From NCBI RefSeq assembly GCF_964355755.1, contig NC_092672.1, positions 8,928,001 through 8,992,000 of the forward strand: DNA of 64,000 bases, given 5' to 3'. Position 1 is the stretch's first letter. The number at the start of each line of letters is the position of its first letter. The notes beneath the pieces are model-generated. The model saw only the letters and a program-made list of their open reading frames with translations, had not been told where the DNA came from and ran no database searches. The position numbers and the translations under genes are program-made. Origin of the DNA: Antedon mediterranea (lineage: Eukaryota > Animalia > Echinodermata). This document shows positions 13,201 to 25,400 of this stretch, piece after piece.

Positions 13201-16200
13201 GTTTAGCATCTGGAAGTTTACTTGGTGTAAAAGTCGCTAACCCATGACGCAATTGATTGGGTATATTTATGTATATATATAAATCATACTGTAAATTATA
13301 GAAACAGTGCTCATATTCGGAACATGATCTCATAATCGCGTCAAGCATAGCTCATTGGCGAAAGTTCCATATTTTTTTGTTGTATGAAAAAATGTCTCTA
13401 TGTATATATATGTTTGCAAAATGTATAATCTTACAAATTTAAAGGGTCCTTAAAAATACTTACACTTTGAAATGTTTCATTATCTTGATAAGTCATCTGT
13501 ATTAATTCCTGGAGAAATAACTGGGGTAGTTTCCCCGACAACAAGAAAGGTACAAACCAGGATATATGAGATGACGCTCTGCAAAAAAAAAAGTTTTTTT
13601 TTTAAATATGATTTACAATCATCAGTTATGCCTCTCATCTTGCAACATGATGCTTTGCACTATACCATGCCATTTTCCTCTGTTAAAACTCATCTACACT
13701 ATTGATAAAAAAAACGTGTGATGTTCCCAAATATGGTAGTAGTGATATGCTTAAATATGGTAGTGATATGACACCATCAACTCCATGGGCACATCAAATT
13801 TGTTGGTCACATGAAGTTTGATAGTGTAAACAGAGCTTTATGTCATTTTAGATTACAGGTATAGTATGTACACATCTACATGGCATCCATGAAAATAAAG
13901 ATCATTAAAATTCACAGTTGTATTGACTGTACCTTGGCCGTGTAATGGTTCCTTGTAGTACTAGTACACAATGACGAACACACTGGTGCCTAGCATTCTT
14001 TAAAACTTCATTAATCGGTGGCTGTGACGCTCTCTGAAATAGACCAAAGTTAGATGAACTTGCATGCAATAGCAACATAATTTAGAAGTGCACAAAGCAA
14101 ACCAATGAGACATTATACATCTTCACGTGAGGAATTCGATCTAGGTCGGCCATAAAAACTAATCGGTCAACTTGGCCGCAATAAACTATGAATTACAAAA
14201 AGTGCAAAGGAAGCGAATGAATAAATAAAATATTTTTAAATAGTTCTTCCCATTATTTTCAATTTTTTAGCACTAGTTGTTTTCCATACTTTTATTGGGG
14301 CTGAGTTGAGCGATTAATTTGAGGCCGAGTTGACTTGTGGCTGAGTTGACATATGGGCAAGGTTATGAGGTCAACTGGACTTGACTGTGGCCAAGATGAT
14401 TTAGGGCCAACTTGACACACATCTGAGCTGCATTATTTTTCATAGGAAAATATAAGGGTTGGTGGGAGGTATAGATGGTATAAAAGCATCACTTTACCTT
14501 AGCTAAATTTCTCTCCTCAATGCCAACATTGTTGTAGGCTTCTAGGAGATAGATGATCATTTCCGTTTCGCGGCCTGGAGCAATTTGAAGACTATGTTCA
14601 GATAGTGATGAAAAACTAAAATATATACAAAATTACATTTTAATTTAATAATCATATTTTAAAATATAATAAAGTGCTAAAACCATATATGGGCACATTA
14701 CATTGTTATATAAGTTTGACAGAGCTTTAGAATTGAATTAATATTTTTTTCTTTATTTTTTTTTTTTATATTATTTTATATAACAAATACATAATGTACA
14801 AACCTTGGTGGCGTCATATTTTGGCTAATAACTTGTTTCAATTTACTTTCATCTTCCTTGCTACAATGTGCGTGACATAACAAGACCTCCATTAATATTT
14901 GCCCAATCAAATCTTCAAAACTCTGATAGACTGCGAAAAAGAAACAAAAATAACTAATGTATACTATTAGTTAAGTAACTTAGTTTTAAGTTAAAAAACC
15001 TGTATATGTTTGTTCACATTCAGTCGGAATTAAGTGTGGGGGCAGGGGAAAACATCAGGCTACGACACATTTGTTGTTGAATTGGATTTTCTTCCTAGAC
15101 AATGAGCATGCTAGCACAACAATACATTTAAGCTTTTAATTTGTGTTGGTTTCATTACATTTGTCTAGCCCTAGCTCAGCATTTTTTTCAATGCAAAATC
15201 ATGATCACTCAAGCCAAACAAGAAGTAAACATCTAGGTCAGCATAGTGAATATTTCAATGTAGGCTTAGGACATAATAATTCATTTCCCAAAATTTACAT
15301 TGCATAGGATCAGCCTGGAAATCAGCAGCAAGGTCCCGTAGATACAATACACCGTTCTGTGGTTCTTTGTACGACACTTTAAAAATGCGGCAGATCATTG
15401 TTATCAGGATGTCTTGCGAAACGGCAGAAGGATCTTTCGACATCTTTTCTTTTTTCTCAAGTTCTTCCATCTCTGGATTCTCTATACCCGAATCTACATC
15501 CATTTGGGAGAAGTTTCTAAAGGTATCAACAAAAATTAATACTTTTTTTCAAACAATTTTGATTTGTCAATGATTTAAATTAAATTTAAAAATAAATTCA
15601 AATGGGGCCTTGTTGGCCTGTAGGGAGTGGAGTTAAAAGAGTTACAACCATGGAAATAGGTCAGGAATTCAACCCTGGCACAGGTCAGGATTTGACTTGG
15701 TTTTTGTAGAGTTTTTGGTTTTCAGGGATTCCGGTTAAGATTTGAATGTACTGCATATCAAATTGTCATTTTAAACAGACCATTCTAAAATGGACATATC
15801 ACAAATTAAAAATCAAATTTTAGTAACTGATTGTATGCTATTAGCAAAGTATGTTGGGTAAATTTGCTGCATAATTAAAACATCTTGGCATGTTAACGTA
15901 AAAAGAATAAATATATACTACTAAACTATAAATATTGAATCAAATACAAACCCTTCATCTGGAGGCTGTGAATCTACTTCCATACTTTGTTGAAGACTAC
16001 TTTCGCCCTGAGAGTCTAAACCACTATCCAGGCTTGGTTGCAGATTTTCTCCCTGAGAGCCTAAACCACTATCCAGGCTGGGTTGCAAATTTTCTCCCTG
16101 AGAGCTTAAACCACTATCCAGGCTTGGTTGCACATTTTCACCCTGAGAGCCTAAACCACTATCCAGACTTGGTTGCAGATTTTCGCCCTGAGAGCCTAAA

Positions 16201-17521
16201 CCACTATCCAGACTTTGCATCACACTATCCGACTCATCTGTGTTTGAAAAATCGAAAGTATACAAGAAAAAAAATGTTTTTATTCAACAGACGTCTCAGG
16301 GTACAGCAAAATTTAAAAAACAGATACGTGTATGTAATTTTGAAAAAAAAAATTATATGCTGTATTTGAACCTAACATTTTCAGTAGTTTTTTTTATCAG
16401 CCCAGTTTTAATTTTATTTTTACTGCTCATCTCTAATTTAAACTCATATGGATTTTTTATTTTAATTATACTAGTTAAAAAGGGCCAGTTACAGAGTCGT
16501 TTTAAAAGCTATTGCCCAGGCCAGAGGTCCTGTACTAAATCGAAAATGCTGCTTTTTCTGGAACCTGAATGATGGCGTTTGCTTATATGGAAGGTTGAAC
16601 TGTGAAGTGCTTTTCTGTTTAGAAATAAAAAACATCTTCATAAAGTTGGTATTGGAAGGACTTATGCCTTATAATTACCATACTGTATTATTAATTATTA
16701 TTAATAAGGCTAACCCACCTTGAATATTAGAAGCCATGGATGAGCTTTCTCCCTTCCTACTTGACACTGGTGTGCCAGTATCAATAGCCTGTTTTGACTC
16801 TTTCGGTGGTGAAGCACTGTTAATACTCCCCTCTAGTCTTGCCAGTCGTCTACGTCTAACCTAACAAACAAGAAAAATAACAAATTGAAATAGATTTTAC
16901 ACACATTGAATGCATGAAACCTTAAATTTAAAATTCATGTTATAATAAAGTCAGAAAATGTTACACAATGTCAAATAAAATGTAAATAAAATAAGGATTT
17001 AATGAGAAGAATAATAATAATATCTAATCATCATGTGATGCAACTCCGAATATATATATATATATATTATATACTAGGCATAGGGCCTATAGGCCTAGCT
17101 AGGGGCCTATATGCAGAGAATAACTCGGCTCGGAGTGAATTAATTAATAAATGTACCTAGCAAAATGTGCGTTTTTATTATTGAAACTTTACTTTGTATA
17201 GGCCTAGCCTAGCTAGGCCTATACACTCTGGCAGAGAAAGTATAAAATCCCCTGACTATCACCATGGAGTAAACTCCATGCTATCACAGACCAATTCGTC
17301 GCTGTACAGCAGAGGTGGCCTTGTACACAACGTACACAAAAATGTAGCCTTCGACAGCTGATTTCGATTAGGATACGGGCCAAGCCTAAGCTTAGGCGGT
17401 GGCCAATTTTTGATGGCCGAGGCTAGCTAGGCCTAGGAATGAATGAGAACAAAGCCGTAGATTCATACATGAAAATATCACAATTATATCGTCTTACCTC
17501 GTCTGGTGTTAACTCACTCAT
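1233..17521 (-). CDS. UBE4B: Ubiquitin conjugation factor E4 B (UFD2 / U-box E3-E4 ligase); 26 coding exons, 3' end (last exon) outside window
   Basis: Exons with GT-AG boundaries and consistent phases: 17498-17521, 16719-16860, 15952-16237, 15299-15516, 14804-14930, 14498-14615, 13933-14033, 13464-13578, 12575-12658, 11817-11873, 11225-11341, 10248-10346, 9991-10104, 9485-9574, 8903-9008, 7865-8097, 7195-7322, 6757-6855, 6191-6308, 5183-5300, 4269-4395, 3529-3673, 3227-3361, 2377-2568, 1637-1811, 1233-1382 (3418 nt, about 1139 aa). Recognised motifs: N-terminal [82 protein letters not shown] and the U-box [50 protein letters not shown]. Confidence 0.97.
1950..2010 (-). mobile_element. tRNA-head SINE fragment
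   Basis: Minus strand ggtgctctagagg...ggtcatgggttcgagtctcaccc. Similar fragments at about 1-55, 4810-4865, 12255-12335, 15620-15700 and 57360-57430. Confidence 0.55.
4520..4728. mobile_element. Palindromic MITE (family B, TIR TAGGGAGCTTT..TTGCGACGAC)
   Basis: Starts tagggagcttt..ttgcgacgacc and ends gtcgtcgcaaatcaaaagttttcta. Second copy at about 20883-21049. Confidence 0.7.
4920..5105 (+). repeat. Internally deleted copy of the interspersed element at 49250-50140
   Basis: gtcatttgattggacgattgtgggtcacatgg and tttgtactatcacactcataaacattcattatt match the reverse complement of 50080-50112 and 49255-49292. Confidence 0.7.
5343..5542. mobile_element. Small TIR element (CAGGCCTTGTC ends, hAT-like) with an internal duplication
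   Basis: caggccttgtcttttgaa ... ttgaaggacaaggcctg; internal repeat of 'aaat(t/c)gcactcctcaa'. No clean TSD. Confidence 0.55.
6893..7054 (-). repeat. About 160-bp dispersed repeat, inverted partner of 9115-9273
   Basis: Its reverse complement matches ggtcaaaggtccctggtttagcaatcttaaag...gcaggatttaaataaaaa at 9115-9273. Confidence 0.85.
7612..7800 (+). mobile_element. tRNA-derived SINE
   Basis: A-box-like gtggcacagtg, B-box-like ttcgaatcc, then tccttaggcaagacact and ccacccaggtgtataaatgggtacc. Homologous copy at 22305-22600. Confidence 0.75.
9115..9273 (+). repeat. About 160-bp dispersed repeat, inverted partner of 6893-7054
   Basis: See 6893-7054. The ORF track shows the same pseudo-peptide [12 protein letters not shown] on opposite strands. 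Confidence 0.85.
10574..11147. repeat. (GAT)n-derived compound micro/minisatellite in a UBE4B intron
   Basis: Units like gatgaagatggactgatgatgatgtaat with variable GAT number. This explains the His/Ile/Ser-rich pseudo-ORFs in the ORF track. Confidence 0.95.
14160..14418. mobile_element. TIR element with ggccgagttgac subterminal repeats
   Basis: cggtcaacttggcc at the left end; several gg(c/t)cgagttgac repeats in the opposite orientation at 14300-14416. Confidence 0.5.
16002..16214 (-). repeat. Coding minisatellite, 45-bp unit x about 4.7, encoding (SLDSGLxSQGENxQP)n inside UBE4B exon 3
   Basis: 'ccactatcca' recurs at 16021, 16066, 16111, 16156 and 16201, in frame with the flanking exons. Confidence 0.95.
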
Positions 17522-17782
17522 TACGTGCCCTTCCTATTCTCAACTTTAATAACAATATTTATTTTCAATACTTTATAAATAAAAAGTGTATGACAGAATT
17601 ACAACAACCGAATTTAGCTAAGTGAAAGCAGCCATAATTGATGATGTCATTGCGTATACAACACAACAAAAATCGACGAATCAGCTGGTTCGTTGTGCAC
17701 AAGTAAACAAAGGGCACTTCCTAATAAGTCTTTGTGTGTAACAGACCTGTTTAAGACTGAAGAAGGTAACAATTTTAATTAA

Positions 17783-18330
17783 AGATGTATTGTCCCTTGA
17801 AACACAAAAAATGAAAAAAAAAATATTCTAAATTAAAATTGGCCATATCAAAGTAATATTAAAGTTATTCACTTTAAGTCGAAAATTCGAGCCAAAAACA
17901 ACAATTTTACATAATTAACAGGTAAATTAATTAGATTACATTTCGTCTGGGAAATCGTCGCAAGCGAAAGTAAACAAAGATTTCAAACCATGAGTATGCA
18001 TTATGCATGATGCTAATTAGGATTGTTTACAACTTGTCACGGTTGAGAAGGTGTTTCCACACAGATCGCGAGAAAGTTTTATGATTATGCATACAGAGTA
18101 GCCAAATAAGTGCGTTGCATTATGAGATATGTTTTGATTGAAAACTTTGACAGGAAGTCAAAGTTATTTTTTGAACAAAAAAACATCTGTATTTCGGTTA
18201 AATTATTTTTTTTTTCGACTAATTTTTTTGGTGAAAGTTAATAACTATTATGATACTTCAAAATGACCCACTTTTTTTCAGAATTAAAAAAAAAATTTTG
18301 TTTGGAATTAGTCAAAGGGACAATACATCT
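17783..18330. mobile_element. Kolobok-like non-autonomous DNA transposon (548 bp) upstream of UBE4B
   Basis: TTAA|AGATGTATTGTCCCTT ... AAGGGACAATACATCT|TTAA: 16-bp TIR with a TTAA TSD. Confidence 0.82.
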
Positions 18331-18619
18331 TTAACCTAAAAGAAAGAGGTACTGTACCCAGGGAGTTGTTATAATGTCAATTTTGTTAAACAAAAAAATA
18401 AAAACAATCGGGACATCATCCAAAAACAGCATGGGTAAAATAATTTTATATTTGAACGGGGAACTTTATGGGGGTTTAATAACAATAATAATAATGTATC
18501 CTTCGGATGGGGGAAATGAATTATTATACTAGAAAATGCAATAGATGAGAGGCAGGGGACCGACGAGTGAAGAGTTTCAAAACTAATATGAAAAATGATC
18601 ACACAAATATTTTTTTTAA

Positions 18620-18625
18620 TTTATT
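18620..18625 (-). terminator. Putative polyadenylation signal of bmb (AATAAA)
   Basis: tttatt on the plus strand about 790 nt downstream of the bmb stop; the position is only inferred. Confidence 0.35.
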
Positions 18626-18871
18626 CAACAACACTGATTTATTACAGTATAAAAATACAAAAGCACCATCATAACTTGAATTGATAAATCTATAGGTATA
18701 AAAATATTAATTGAATAATTGACAATGTATAACATAAATAAAGTAATCAAATAACAATTAAACTAACTTTATATAATCTAACCCTACCCCCACATCCTCC
18801 ATTATAGTATTAAATTAAATTCAAAATTGTTAAACAAGATTTAAAAAAATATTGCAATAATCACATTTAAT

Positions 18872-19041
18872 ACTACTGTAATAATATATGGTTACAATAC
18901 AATAGGCCTAAATAGTATTATCTATATACACAGTATGTGTAGTGCCAATCAACGCATTAACTACTGTAATAATATATGGTTACCATACAATAGGCCTAAA
19001 TAGTATTATCTATATACACAGTATGTGTAGTGCCAATCAAC
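18872..19041. repeat. About 88-bp tandem duplication in the probable bmb 3' UTR
   Basis: actactgtaataatatatggttac..gtgtagtgccaatcaac occurs twice in tandem. Confidence 0.85.
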
Positions 19042-19406
19042 ACATTACAAACACACTACAGTACAATGTTACCAATGCATAGCCTATCTCTAATACATTT
19101 TTAATTTCTTTTATTTTAAATGGCTTATTTATAGCCCTGTCAATATATACAATTACAGTATCAGATAATTGAATTAATACATCATTTATTACTTTTAGGA
19201 CAATTTTCACAGTTACAATTATTATAAAAAACAAGAAGACTAATATGTTCCCATTATTATAGAAAACTCAATATGTTGATAGACACAGAGACAATATTGC
19301 TATTATTTAGTCACGAGAAGTAGTACAGTAATGCAGAAGAGAACAATCTCTATGCTATTGTCAAAAGCCCCAGTCGTACTGGTGGCTACGGCCATTAATT
19401 ATTCCC

Positions 19407-22400
19407 TCATTTGCGACTGAGGGGTTGTTCAGAATGTCGGTAACAAAAAGATTTTCCAACTGGACAAGTAAGCTTACACGGTTGTCCAGTCTTGGTGACT
19501 CCAGTGCAAGGCTGCCGATTTGGACTCATCGTGTTCCTAATGGAAAAAGAAAATTCAGAAAAATGTTCAGATTAGTATTACCCAATAAAAGCATTGCAAA
19601 AAATAATTTTGTGGTAATCCATTCACCAAGTACAGGACCTACAAAATGACAACAAAATCATAGAGCAGGCAAGATTTTAACTTGAGGACTTTCAATTAGT
19701 CTATGCCTCTCACACAATTCTTGAATCATCCAGCCTTTATACTTTGTTACCCCCTTTTTAAATGTTCCTTTCTTATCACACCCACTTTGGCTTTCTGTAA
19801 GCACTCACTGCTATGATAAGTCACTGATTAAACCCAGAGCTTAAGGGGTTCTAGAGCATGAGTAACCCATGGCAATACAACTGCCCAGCGATGTTAGATG
19901 GCCCCTTGAAAGTACAAAACCAGGGGCCCTTCTCCCTAATTTACACCACTTTATCAAATCCTTAACACTTCAATCTAATACATTCATCTCTTTCTTGGTC
20001 ATTAAAAAACCTTTACTTGTAATAGTAGTGTATAGTAATATATAATAACCTTCTTTTGGTAGCTTCAATTAGCTTCTGGTTATGAGTACCAGGTGTAACT
20101 GTATCCATTGCTGATCCTAGATGCCTTCTGGCAGGATTGATGACTCCAAAACTATTCGCAAGCTCCTCTCCAGTTGGCATTGGAGTTGTATCAGGAAGTC
20201 TTGAGATGTTATCCATATGCGTACTCTCCAGTATTGGCATGATGGGCGTGTTTGGTGACAGGGTGGTGTCTGCATTTGAGTGATCAGTGGAAGATGCCAG
20301 GATTCTTGTTGAGTTTGAAACATAGGTTGAATCACAGAGGCTGGAGTTGTCCGAGTTGGGATAAAAATCTGTCGTACTGTCAACGCTGCCGAACTTCAAT
20401 CTGAAATAAAACAAATACAGTCAACAACTCTCTCATTGATATATGTAGTTCTTTACTGGACACCTTTGAGCTGGCCTATCGTGAGGCTTAATACATCAAT
20501 ATAACCTTTTCTACAATTTCAAATATTTTGGGCATCATTTTGCACCAATGGTGGCCGCCATATTGGATTTAAGGACGTACGTATACTAACTATGCTTGGT
20601 GATGGTTTATAAAATGATATGTGACCATACTTATTAGTTTCATTTCTGTTTTAAGCAATACGTAACATAAGACAAATAAAACTATATTGAAATAATATTA
20701 GTACACAATCCTTATTTGGTAGTACTGTAAATAATTTTATTTCTAAAGATGAACAAATAAAGTTTGAAATATTGAATCATGATGGACTGTATTACTTTTT
20801 TGAGTTGGCTCTATTATGGATACAGTATTGAAGTACCCTATATTACTTATGAGAAAATGTTCTGCTATGGCTATGATATTAATAGGGAGCTTTCAATTTG
20901 CGACTACCGAAGACGTCTTGACCTAGAAACCATCAAATATATATTTTGAGTTGTGGAGTAAGGCCACACATCCCAATATTTCCGCATGTGCACAATGAAC
21001 TAACATGCAGTAGTCTGGTTGTCGGTCGTCGCAAATTGAAATCTTCCTATTGCAGTAGCAACCCTGGATAGATAACACTCAATAATGATACCTTTCTATT
21101 GATGCAGCTCCTAGATGCTCTGGTGACTGTTTAACTGGATAAAACATATGCAGTGCTTTTGGTTCTTGTTGTCTATTTTGATCATTAAACCAATACAACC
21201 AAATCACAAACCAATTCACTAGATAACATTTAAAATGAGAAAAAAAACATCATTGACATTTCTATCTAACATGTGTAAATAATATGTAATAACACATTAC
21301 AGTAATTATACCAGACAATATTGTACAAATGTACAGTAATTATACCAGACAATACTGTACAAATGTACAGTAATTATACCAGACAATACTGTACAAATGT
21401 AACATACAGTAATACAAAACCTATACAGAATTTGATGTGTAACGAAAATATTTGGAAACAGACACTTTTTCACAAAAAGTAACAGCTTGTAATAAGGTTT
21501 GCATAGTGTGAAGACAATTTGTAAAAACACACAGATGACAGACCTGTTTTTTGTTCTAAGATGTCTCGAGATGTTACTGCGCGCAATTGTATTGCCCTGG
21601 TATTAAAGTGACCAATCATAGTAATCAAATAGCGTGCAACTTTTTCCCATGATTTCTCACGGTTTGCACATGCGTGTATGAAAACGCGTAATAAATCAGG
21701 AGATCAAACCATTTATATGTAGTGAATAAGGAAATAGTCGCTATAGCTTAAACAATTTTCAGTATTATTTAGATACGCTGTGTTTGTGATATCCAGAAAG
21801 CCAATGGATAAAAGAGATTTTCAGAGAGAGTTTGACTATAGAACAAAGACTACCATAACCGCACCATGCTCATATCTGTATCTCCAGCAAATTCTATTCT
21901 TACTAATATACTTCTGTTGATTGCGATGTAACACAAAAAAAATTAAAAACTTACAGATAATGGTTATGCAAAGAAGGACGGTGATAGAAATAAAGTCCAG
22001 ACATGGCATATGTCCAATTTCTGCCATAGCGTTCAAAGGAACAATTGCCAGTAGAACGATGCGGGGGAACACTGGTGTGTACACAAAATTGACGGCAATG
22101 GCTGCTAATAAGAAGTAACAGGTGTGTTTAACACAGCTTGATACAACATCAAGGCTTGCACCTGACGAGAGAAGACGGAAAGAAACACTTATCAGTTGGG
22201 GGAAAAATGACAAAAGGCTTCCTACTTTCTAGGAGTTTTATCAGATAAACTATATTGTTTTGACAACACTTCTAACAAGACCCCAGTGCTAATTTTGCCA
22301 TTTTAGGCATGTGGCACAGCGTGATGGACGTTGGACTACTGGTCGTGAGATTTTAAGGTCGAATCCAAAGCTTGTCACATTGCTTGTGTCCTGAGGCAAG

Positions 22401-25400
22401 ACACTGCCTCCCTCACCCAGGTGTACAAATGGGTACCTGGTATAGGCTGGTTAAAACACAAATCCGCTGATTACTGGCTGTAACATTATGGGAGCATGTT
22501 CTCAGACATGTTTGATCCAAAACATGACCGGAGTAATAATGTGAAGCGCTTAGATGCTTTGTGCATTATGTGCTATATAAGATCAACGTATTATTATTAT
22601 ATATTTCTATACTCGGACAGTATGCCCATGACAACCACAATGACATACAGTGCTCAATTTTGACATGTCAGGGTTCATTTTTAAGGTTATTTTTAACTAT
22701 CCCACCGGGCCTGTAAATCCATATTTTTTCTGTCCTGATCATTGGTAAATATTCAAATAAATGAGTTGAATGGAGAATATATGATGAGTTGAAAGACGGA
22801 TTGGTATATTCACCAAGGCATCTATGCGGTATAACATAGATTAAAAAAGTTTATGTAGTGCGTTTCATACCAGTACTTTTCAGCAGGTCGAATAGCCATG
22901 TGAGTTGTTTATCAATACCGTTCTGCATATCGTTGACTCGATTGACAAGATGGATAACCGTATCATTCATCTTCTTCATATTGTCCATTGCATCCTGGTA
23001 GTACTGAGACGTCTCATCTTGATACATGGTAACATGCTGCATATTCTCATCTGACCGAAGAAGAAAAAAAATGTGGAAAAAAGTATTATTATATAATTTT
23101 TTTTGCAAAACAAGTTTAAAAAAAAATAATACATCTTTAGATGATATTGTCCCATTGTTTGGTGAATGACATTTTAATGTCACATAATAGTTATTTACTT
23201 AGACCAAAAACAAAATTATTTACCTGAAAAATCTAAAGCCAAAAATACTTAAATGGTCTGGTAGACAATTGTTTTTGGTTAAAATTAACTGTCTTTTTAT
23301 GAAAGTGAAACAATACATCTTCGTGAGGTGGTTTCCCACTAGAACGTAACGCAAGGACGTAAAAACACGCAAACGTTTTAACCAATGACAAGCGAAGTTA
23401 TAGACAGTTAGCCATCGCTTGTGATTGGTCAATTCACTTGCGTTGCGTTACGTCCTTGTGCTGCGTCGCTAGTGGGAACCACGCTTTAGGTTTAATTTAC
23501 AGTTCAGCACCGAAAACACCAGACTTGGTCACTCTTCCTTGAACTTTCTACTTGCCTAATCTATTCCAAACAAGCTTGGCTTTATTCTGAATATTTAGAA
23601 GATCTTTGAGCAGTTGTTGGTGATTTTGTCGGTGATCATCCCCTTGTGAAAATAACTGTTTGGTAGCAATGTCTGAAGAATACAAAATGACGAAACATTA
23701 TCTACACAAATACCATTTACAAAAAGTAGCTGTATACTAAATCTGATTCACTTGGTACAACACAAATGTAAGAAAATATTAACAAACTGATATGGATCAA
23801 CATAGTTAATATGCTTTCACACACTAGTTTTTCGCAGTGCAATGTTAAAAAACTCATTAAGCTCTGTATATCCTATCAAACTTTATGTGACAAAAAATGG
23901 TGATGTGCCCATATATATATATATATATATGTAGACATGATGTCATATCACTACCATATTTGGGCACATCACACTTTTTCAAACTAGTTTGATAGTGTAG
24001 ACAGAGCTTCAGAAAGAGAAAGGCCTGCAGAGATTATAAACTTTTCTGAGGAGTAGAAAGGCTATAAAAAAGGCAAGAATTTTAATTAATAGGGGTGGGG
24101 ATATTTCTAAAAAATTCTTTCTTTTAAGTGGACCAATTTCAGACAAAAATGCAGCACGGCCAAATAATCCATTCCTTCAACGATTGTTATTGACAAGTCA
24201 ATAGCACAAAGAATTGATGATGAGCACTTGGCCTGCCGCACTAGTTTAAGGCTTTGATATAGTGTTGGTCTAATTCAATTTAATGACAAAAATCATCAAA
24301 TTTCAATATAATTGTGTTTTCTATGATAATACCTAATTGTTGGCGAATTGCCTGCGTCATCTCAGCAAGTTCCTTGTGGCCGGATGCAATCAATGCCTTC
24401 TCTTTGGTCAGTTCCTTCATGTTATGTTCAATGTTTTGGTGCAATTCGGTCTGCGAGGTCTTCAGTTCATCATGTTGGGACATCAATTCTCCTTGACTCT
24501 CAGAGATTGTTTCAAAGGTTTCCTTTGCCATACCATTCAGCGACTCTTGGCCTTCCTAAAAATAAAGGTAATGAACTATTTCACACAAGGGGGGCTGTAA
24601 GGAATGTAATAACATTAAACCATGATGATGATGATGATGTAGATATGAGCAAGCATCTGCAGCTTTCTCCAGGCCAGATGAACCGGAATATTATTTGGTT
24701 GATATTATAACACAAATCAGTTGAGAAATGCTTGTATCTATTTTTTTTTCCCCCATTGGCATTTTTTAGACACAAACAGGGATAAAGATGTATTTTGCTA
24801 TGAAACATTTAGAGTAAATTTCATAATCCTATTCATTATTTGGGGTTTATTTCCATCGCATACCTTCTGAGCTGTTCAATTTGTGCTCATGTATGTGTGA
24901 CAACTTATTTCCTGAGCCCCGATTGGTTAAATTTGTGCTCATGAATGTGTGAGTGATTAGTTGTGCAATTTTACACTTCAAAATAAGTAGAAACAATTCC
25001 AACTACTCATTTTGCTCAAAGATGGAGATATAAATGCATGAATTCGATTCACCTAGTGAATAAAGTCTTTAGACAGAAAATATGGCTAGTGGGTGAATTG
25101 ATTAGTAAATTAATTATTGTTTTATGTCATTTAAAGCCTTAAAATATACACAGTACAATCTAAATTCAAGGCCCTGTACTGCTTGATTTCTTATAATCTA
25201 GTCTGGCTGATCATTCATTTAGATCTCTATTTTAATTTAATAACAAAACCAAATATAATGTTAATTGAGGTTTGAAAAGTAGAGTATGTTCATACCTGTA
25301 AAAACTTCATAATGTACAACTGGTTCTCGGCACTTGATGCTAATGTGTTTACGGTCTGTTCGGTTTTACTCTGAAACTGTTGCTGCCTTACGGAGTAGCA

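Noticed and set aside
15935-16369. 144-aa plus-strand repeat ORF (PESLNHYPG)n
   Set aside because: It is the antisense reading of the UBE4B coding minisatellite.
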